Origin: an uncultured Bacteroidales bacterium
GTDB taxonomy: Bacteria > Bacteroidota > Bacteroidia > Bacteroidales > UBA11471
Length of the DNA stretch: 64,000 nt
Assembly (NCBI GenBank): GCA_947593515.1
Contig: CANQDQ010000007.1
Location: forward strand, 14,484 to 78,483
Reading direction: 5' to 3'
Shown piece after piece: positions 13,124 to 18,955 of this stretch; positions within the stretch are counted from its first letter, which is position 1, and every line of letters begins with the position of its first letter. The notes beneath the pieces are model-generated. The model was not told the DNA's origin. It saw only the letters and a list, made by a program, of their open reading frames with translations, and searched no databases. Position numbers and translations under genes: made by a program.

Positions 13124-13870
13124 ACGAAGATATTTACAATCCCTTTACGCTCAAAGGGAGGAGAGTACTCGTTACCGGCGCATCATCAGGTATCGGACAG
13201 GGAATTGCCATTGCCTGCTCACAAGCCGGAGCAAGCGTAATTCTCAATGGACGAAATGAAACGCGCCTTGCCGAAACGATCGCTCTGATGAAAGAGGGCG
13301 AACATCGTAATTGTAGCCGCCGATTTGACAGACGCCCTGTCGGTAAAAGATGCCGTATCAATGCTACCCAATCTCGACGGTATCGTACATTGTGCCGGCA
13401 TCGGACAGCGCATTCCATGCCGTGAATTGAGAGAAGACGACATCGATGAGGTCATGAATACCAATTTCAAAGCCCCTGTCATGCTTCAAGCCGAGATTCT
13501 CAGACAAAAGAAAATGAATCGGGAAGGGTCCATCGTATTCATTGCTTCCATTGCCGCCGAATCCCCCTCCATGGGAAATGCCGTATACAGTGCCTCGAAA
13601 GGGGCTATCATCTCGTATGCAAACTGTCTCGGGGTAGAATTGGCGCCACGCCACATTCGGGTAAACTGCATAAGTCCGGCAATGGTTCGTACCGGACTGA
13701 TATTCAAAGGAGCCGTAACAGAAGAAGCCTTGAAAGCAGACGAGGCACGATACCCGCTGAAACGATACGGCACTCCTAAGGATATTGCCTATTTGACTGT
13801 CTATATGTTGTCGGAAGCGTCGGCATGGATGACCGGAAGCAACGTAAAAATAACGGGGGGGGGCAAATAG
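13120..13870 (+). pseudogene. SDR-family 3-oxoacyl-ACP reductase-like gene interrupted by a 1-nt frameshift near 13309
   Basis: Frame 1 reads VLVTGASSGIGQGIA...MKEGEHR, then nonsense to a stop at 13425. The frame open from 13292 continues IVAADLTDALSV...NAVYSASKGA... to 13870. Dropping one A in cgtAAtt restores a 249-aa SDR with TGxxxGIG and YxxxK intact. Confidence 0.8.
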
Positions 13871-13881
13871 CCTAATAAACA

Positions 13882-14880
13882 ATGGCTTATATTAAAGGAA
13901 TAAGTTACTGGCTTCCTGAAAAAATCGAATCCGTCTCAAAACTTGTTGAGGAATTTCCTGAATGGGACGCAGAGAAAATAATACGGAAAGTTGGCGTGTC
14001 ATCACGCCATATTGCCGGCAAAAATGAAACGGCGGGCGACCTCGCTGAAAAAGCGGCACGAAAACTATTCGCCGAATATGCTATTTCACCCCGTGAAATA
14101 GATTTCGTGATGCTTTGCACCCAAAGTCCGGACTATTTTTTACCCTCGACCGCCTGCCTGCTTCAACACAGGTTGGGCATACCGACCACAGCCGGCGCAT
14201 TCGACTACGACCTCGGCTGTTCGGGGTGCATTTACGGGTTAGCGCTCGCCAAAGGGCTGATTTCGAGCGGAACAGCCAACAACGTATTGCTACTTACCGC
14301 AGAAACATACAGCAAATATCTTCATCATTCGGATAAGAGCAACCGTTCCATATTCGGCGATGGGGCTGCTGCCTGCTTAGTCTCTGCGGAGGGTGAGGCG
14401 GAAATCGGCAATTTCGTGTTAGGTACTGACGGCAAAGGGGCAGAGTATCTTATTGTCCGCTCAGGGGCTGCGCGCATGAGGGAAAAAACAGGGTATGCAA
14501 CGACCGACGAAGAAGGGCATACAAAACATGACGATTATCTCTATATGAACGGGGGAGCTATCTTCAATTTCACCCTCGATGCCATTCCGAAAATGAAGCA
14601 GCAAGTGCTACAAAAAAATTGTATGGAAGCAAATGAGATAGATTTATACGTATTTCACCAAGCCAACAAATTTATGCTCGATACCCTCCGCAAAGTGTGT
14701 GTCATCGACAAAGACCGATTTTACGTAGATCTTTCCACAACGGGAAATACGGTATCGTCCTCCGTATTTATCGCCTTGAAAGAGTGTATGGACACAAAAC
14801 GCATTCAGAAAGGTATGAATGTCATGATAGCGGGATTCGGTGTAGGGCTGAGTTGGGGCGGAACTATTCTAAAATTCTAA
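13882..14880 (+). CDS. 3-oxoacyl-ACP synthase III family (KAS III / FabH-like)
   Basis: 332 aa with a Cys-His-Asn triad in context: DLGCSGCIYGL, FHQANKFML, GNTVSSS. Confidence 0.85.
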   Translation: MAYIKGISYWLPEKIESVSKLVEEFPEWDAEKIIRKVGVSSRHIAGKNETAGDLAEKAARKLFAEYAISPREIDFVMLCTQSPDYFLPSTACLLQHRLGIPTTAGAFDYDLGCSGCIYGLALAKGLISSGTANNVLLLTAETYSKYLHHSDKSNRSIFGDGAAACLVSAEGEAEIGNFVLGTDGKGAEYLIVRSGAARMREKTGYATTDEEGHTKHDDYLYMNGGAIFNFTLDAIPKMKQQVLQKNCMEANEIDLYVFHQANKFMLDTLRKVCVIDKDRFYVDLSTTGNTVSSSVFIALKECMDTKRIQKGMNVMIAGFGVGLSWGGTILKF

Positions 14881-14884
14881 ACCT

Positions 14885-16309
14885 ATGTTATTTAATTCAC
14901 TTGAATTTCTACTGTTTTTCCCCATTGTTTGCATCATTTACTTTGGGATTCGTTCCGATCGGTGGAGAAATATTTTCCTCCTCGCGGCAAGTTACTACTT
15001 TTATATGTGCTGGGAGCCCGTCTATGCCTTGCTGCTATTGGCAAGCACGGTCATCACTTACACCGCAGCAATAGGCATTGACCGTTGGCGAAAGTATGCA
15101 CATACCTTTCTCATCATTTCCGCAGTTGCCAATCTATCTATTCTTTTTTTCTTCAAGTATTTCAATTGGGCGGCAGAGAATCTTTCCGAACTCATGGCAT
15201 TATTCGGAGTGGTTATGAACGTACCTGAATTCAATGTGCTTCTGCCCGTAGGAATATCATTTTACACGTTTCAAGCATTGGGATATTCCATCGATGTCTA
15301 TCGGGGCACGACTGCGGTAGAGAAAGACTTTCCGACCTATGCGCTTTTTGTCTCGTTCTTTCCCCAGTTGGTGGCGGGTCCTATCGAACGCTCCACCAGC
15401 CTGCTCCCGCAATCTCGGGAACACCACCGTTTCGACGGCGACCGCGCTATTACAGGTATTCACCTGATGCTTTGGGGCTTCTTTCTAAAATTGGTAGTGG
15501 CAGACAACTGCGCTCTTGTCATAAATACAATCCATGACGGTCTCGAATCGGCAACTCCAGCAGATATGTTTCTCGCAGCCTTTCTCTTCTGCTTCCAATT
15601 ATATGGCGATTTCGCAGGCTATTCTTATATTGCTATCGGAGCATCTCGGGTAATGGGCTTTCATTTGATGGACAACTTTCTACGCCCTTATTTCTTTTCC
15701 ACCTCGGTGCAGGAATTTTGGAAAAGGAATCATATTTCACTGACTACATGGTTTATGGATTATATCTATTATCCGCTTGTCGGCAGCAGTACAAGCCTTG
15801 CCCGATGGTGTTTTTGTATTTTTTTCACCTTTTTTCTCTCCGGATTTTGGCATGGTGCCAATTGGACTTATGTAGTCTGTTTCAGCATCTTCGGTATCTA
15901 TCTCGTAATCTGTACTCTCAAAGCACGCGCCCAAAAACGTTTTGAAAAGCGCTACGGTCTCCGCAACAAAGCGTGGTGGATATGGACAAACCGCGTAATA
16001 ACGTTCCTGTTGGTCATGTTAGCTCTCGTATTCTTCCGTGCCGACAACATCAATGATGGTTTCCATATCATAAAAGGCATCTTTACATATTTCTCCGATA
16101 TAACATTACCGTCTATCCTCCCCAAGCGTGTAATAGCAAGTGTCGGACTGCTGTTTTGCATCGAATATTTAGTGGAATACGGCAAAGCCCAATCATTTGC
16201 TGCACGTCATTTCCTGCCTGCCTATATATGTTCAAGCCTGCTGCTTCTGCTCCTTATTGCTTTTATCGGCAATTTCAGCGGCGGACAGTTCATCTATTTT
16301 CAATTCTAA
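14885..16309 (+). CDS. MBOAT-family membrane O-acyltransferase (AlgI/DltB-like)
   Basis: 474-aa polytopic protein. It starts MLFNSLEFLLFFP, has FWKRNHISLTTWFMDYIYYPL, and carries the conserved His in GFWHGANW. Confidence 0.85.
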   Translation: MLFNSLEFLLFFPIVCIIYFGIRSDRWRNIFLLAASYYFYMCWEPVYALLLLASTVITYTAAIGIDRWRKYAHTFLIISAVANLSILFFFKYFNWAAENLSELMALFGVVMNVPEFNVLLPVGISFYTFQALGYSIDVYRGTTAVEKDFPTYALFVSFFPQLVAGPIERSTSLLPQSREHHRFDGDRAITGIHLMLWGFFLKLVVADNCALVINTIHDGLESATPADMFLAAFLFCFQLYGDFAGYSYIAIGASRVMGFHLMDNFLRPYFFSTSVQEFWKRNHISLTTWFMDYIYYPLVGSSTSLARWCFCIFFTFFLSGFWHGANWTYVVCFSIFGIYLVICTLKARAQKRFEKRYGLRNKAWWIWTNRVITFLLVMLALVFFRADNINDGFHIIKGIFTYFSDITLPSILPKRVIASVGLLFCIEYLVEYGKAQSFAARHFLPAYICSSLLLLLLIAFIGNFSGGQFIYFQF

Positions 16310-16333
16310 TTCTGATAAATTATATTCCGAAAA

Positions 16334-17266
16334 ATGAAACATTTTCTGATATATATTGCAGCTGTGCTGCTCTTTGTTATCCCGTTCCTGTGTGTCGGAG
16401 AATGGCTTGTTCGACAAGTACCGAATGCATATCGCTACAAAGAAGAATGGATGGAAGCCCATCATAACGAAGTGAATACTCTTATCTTAGGAAATTCACA
16501 CTCATACGCTGCGGTCAAACCCGACATGATGGATAAGGATACATTCGGCGTAACATTCAATCTCGCTAATTTCTGGCAAACACTCGACATGGATTATTTC
16601 CTGTTGCAAAAATTCGATTGTCCCCAATTAAAAACGCTGCTTATCCCGATATCTTATCCGACTTTTTTCTTCGAAAATATGGGAGTTTCCCCAAAAAGAT
16701 TGATTTACTATAAATTGTATATGAACTATCCCGCCAAACCATTTTACAGCAATTTTGAATTTTTCGACCTGCAAACTTTTGGCACGAAAGTTCGTGCTTT
16801 CTTCTTTCCGCCCGAAGACGTAGGATACGACAAATACGGGTGGACAACATCTTACAAGTTGAAATATAAAGATCCGTTACTCATGCTTAACGGAGATGAG
16901 GCACGTACTCACACACGTAAGAAATGGAAAGAAGCGGTGGAAATCTCCGAAAAAAATTACGCCATTCTGCAACACATTGCCGACGACTGCAAACAACGAG
17001 AAATAAAACTCGTGCTTTTTACGACACCCGCATGGTATTCCTACCGCAATCTTATCGACAGCCGCCAATTTGCAAGAATGCACGAACTTATCACACGGTT
17101 TCTGCAACAAAACGAGGGGACAATGTATTTTGATTATTTGGCCGATTCCCGATTTACAGACGAAGACTTTTGCAACAGTAATCATCTATCGGACATCGGA
17201 GCAGAAAAATTCACAAAAATTCTCTGTAATGACATAGAGGAACAAACCGACGCCCTCGCCCAATAA
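16334..17266 (+). CDS. membrane-anchored DltD/AlgJ-like (SGNH-like) partner protein
   Basis: 310 aa with an N-terminal TM anchor. LILGNSHSY resembles SGNH/DltD block I and NSNHLSDIGAEKF resembles block V. It lies directly after the MBOAT gene. Its last 6 codons and stop lie inside DR1 copy B. Assignment is tentative. Confidence 0.5.
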   Translation: MKHFLIYIAAVLLFVIPFLCVGEWLVRQVPNAYRYKEEWMEAHHNEVNTLILGNSHSYAAVKPDMMDKDTFGVTFNLANFWQTLDMDYFLLQKFDCPQLKTLLIPISYPTFFFENMGVSPKRLIYYKLYMNYPAKPFYSNFEFFDLQTFGTKVRAFFFPPEDVGYDKYGWTTSYKLKYKDPLLMLNGDEARTHTRKKWKEAVEISEKNYAILQHIADDCKQREIKLVLFTTPAWYSYRNLIDSRQFARMHELITRFLQQNEGTMYFDYLADSRFTDEDFCNSNHLSDIGAEKFTKILCNDIEEQTDALAQ

Positions 17267-17326
17267 TCCGGCGCGCCGAGACCGCATAACACGCGGGGCG
17301 GGAAATCTCCTGCCCGCGTGTTTTTT
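17247..17326 (+). repeat. direct repeat DR1, copy B
   Basis: See 12670-12750. It supplies the codons DALAQ* to the upstream ORF and a terminator hairpin. Confidence 0.9.
17290..17326. terminator. bidirectional terminator shared by the islet operon and the convergent ATPase gene
   Basis: Hairpin CACGCGGGGCGGGA/TCCTGCCCGCGTG followed by TTTTTT. The ATPase stop codon is about 15 nt further on, on the opposite strand. Confidence 0.7.
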
Positions 17327-17341
17327 ACCTCGATACGCGGC

Positions 17342-18688
17342 TTACTTCAATCCCGACAAATCCACCTTATAATAAGACGGCGCGGCTTGATTTTTTTCGA
17401 GAAACATCACCATATAAATCGGGGCATACACGATTTTACCCGCCACGCGCAGGTTGTCGCTGTTGAAAACAATTGCCTCCGGCAGGTCGTATTCTTCGCA
17501 CGCCATGATGTTCGACAAGGCGCGATGGCTCTCGTAGTCCTTGCCCGATTTCACTTCCAGAGGCAGCACCGCACCGCCGAGTTCAACGACAAAATCGACC
17601 TCCCCGCGTTTTTTGTTGTTATAGTAGTAAGGCTCCAACCCGTGCGCCACCAACTCCTGCGCCACTGCATTCTCGTATATTGCGCCGTAATTTATATTCT
17701 TATCGCCCTTGATGATACGCAGTTGAATGCCTTCGGCATATTGTGCCGCCAGCAATCCGACATCGTTCTGAAAAAGTTTGAACAGATTTCGTGAACGGGC
17801 AAGCAGCAAAGGCATCTTCGGTTCCTCCACGTTGTACACCGGCAATGCCACGCCGGCATTTTTCAGCCAAACGAAACCGGTTTCGCAGCGGTCGAATTTC
17901 GCATTTTCATTCAACCGTTTCAAAATGAAGCGTTTATTTTTCGCATTGAGTTCCGGCGGAATAAGTTCGAATATCTCTTCGAGATAGAGTTTGTCTTTCA
18001 AATCATATTGGGCAATATCGCGCTTATACAGCCGGATAATATCCTGCTGTATCGTCATGACTTCCTGCAAATTGTTGTTTTCCATATACTTGCTCACCAC
18101 CGCAGGCATACCGCCCACCACCAGATAGAGGCGGAACAGTTCCATGATTTTCCGATGGACGAACGCATCGACCGGCGTGCGATGCTCCCACGCCGAACGC
18201 AACGCGGCGACGACCTGTCCGTCGATGCCAACACAAGTAATAAACTCCTCGAAATCGAGCGGATACATCTCCTTGATGCCCATATACCCCACCGGCTCGG
18301 AACGCAGGTCGCGCAACTCCACCCCCAACAGCGAACCGCTCAAAATGTATCGGTAAGAGCCTTCATCGACCAAAAATTTAATGGCGGTTACTATATCCGG
18401 ACACCGCTGCACCTCGTCGAAAAAAATCAATGTCCGACCTTTGACAAGCGGCGTCGCCGTCATTGCCGAAATGCGGAACAGAATCTCGGCGGCACTCTTT
18501 GCACCCTTGAATATTTCCACCGCATCGGGATTCTCCACAAAATTGATTTCGATAAAACTTTTGAACGTCTTGCCAAATTCCCGAATCGAAAATGTCTTGC
18601 CGGTTTGTCGGGCGCCGGTAACCAACAAGGCACTGCGCGTGTGCGCGTAATAATTCCGGAGATAGGCATCTATTTTTCTTCGAATCAT
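17342..18688 (-). CDS. AAA+ ATPase with C-terminal DUF4143 / PD-(D/E)xK-like domain (COG1373 type), copy 1
   Basis: 448 aa. Walker A GARQTGKT, Walker B LIFFDEVQ, and C-terminal GEVDFVV...LPLEVKSGK (D...ExK nuclease-like motif). Confidence 0.8.
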   Translation of the reverse strand: MIRRKIDAYLRNYYAHTRSALLVTGARQTGKTFSIREFGKTFKSFIEINFVENPDAVEIFKGAKSAAEILFRISAMTATPLVKGRTLIFFDEVQRCPDIVTAIKFLVDEGSYRYILSGSLLGVELRDLRSEPVGYMGIKEMYPLDFEEFITCVGIDGQVVAALRSAWEHRTPVDAFVHRKIMELFRLYLVVGGMPAVVSKYMENNNLQEVMTIQQDIIRLYKRDIAQYDLKDKLYLEEIFELIPPELNAKNKRFILKRLNENAKFDRCETGFVWLKNAGVALPVYNVEEPKMPLLLARSRNLFKLFQNDVGLLAAQYAEGIQLRIIKGDKNINYGAIYENAVAQELVAHGLEPYYYNNKKRGEVDFVVELGGAVLPLEVKSGKDYESHRALSNIMACEEYDLPEAIVFNSDNLRVAGKIVYAPIYMVMFLEKNQAAPSYYKVDLSGLK

Positions 18689-18726
18689 AATCTATTTATA
18701 TTTGATTTACAGCGAGATAGTTGTTT

Positions 18727-18857
18727 ATTTGCCGTTTTTCCATGACAAATATATACTGTTTTTGCCGTTTTTCCAAGAAAAATAATGGAATTTTTGCCGC
18801 TTTTCCAATATAAAATCGCCCCGTTTTTGCCGTTTTTCCATTTTTTTGCAAGGAAAT
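18727..18857. repeat. array of four ~33-bp units sharing the core TTTGCCG(T/C)TTTTCCA
   Basis: The core gccgtttttcca occurs at 18731, 18764, 18796 (gccgcttttcca) and 18829, spaced 33/32/33 nt. The inter-core segments are not conserved. Confidence 0.8.
18746..18753 (-). promoter_or_regulatory. -7 promoter box TATATTTG for ATPase copy 1
   Basis: The reverse complement of caaatata matches TAnnTTTG, 58 nt upstream of ATG 18688, between repeat units 1 and 2. Confidence 0.45.
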
Positions 18858-18889
18858 AGCGGGCGATAATCGCCCGTAACTTCGTGCCC
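18812..18889 (+). repeat. direct repeat DR2, copy A
   Basis: 78 nt recur at 21940-22015 with 3 substitutions and 3 single-base gaps, two in T runs and one in a short C run at the distal end. Contains repeat unit 4 and the palindrome CGGGCGATAATCGCCCG. Confidence 0.9.
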
Positions 18890-18936
18890 AAAAAGAAAAC
18901 GCGAGGTGGGAATTTTCCGCCTCGCGTCCGTTTTTA
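18890..18936. terminator. bidirectional terminator downstream of the LRR gene
   Basis: Hairpin ACGCGAGGTGGGAATTTTCCGCCTCGCGT, flanked by a T-run in the sense of each strand. Confidence 0.75.
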
Positions 18937-18955
18937 TTGCTTTGTCCGATTCATT

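Larger units (their letters stand above)
12751..17246 (+). mobile_element. low-GC five-gene islet bounded by DR1 copies; no recombinase gene inside
   Basis: Flanked by ~80-bp direct repeats. Spot GC counts of 60-nt lines are 38% (15121, 16561), against 53% (12541) and 65% (11221) in the flanks. It has its own promoter box, and all genes are on the same strand with short gaps. Confidence 0.7.

Noticed and set aside
18727-18857. The 33-bp-period arrays (here and at 35332-35444) as miniature CRISPR arrays.
   Set aside because: The period is far too short for repeat plus spacer. The conserved cores are 12-16 nt and AT-rich without dyad symmetry, there are only four units, and there are no cas genes in the window.
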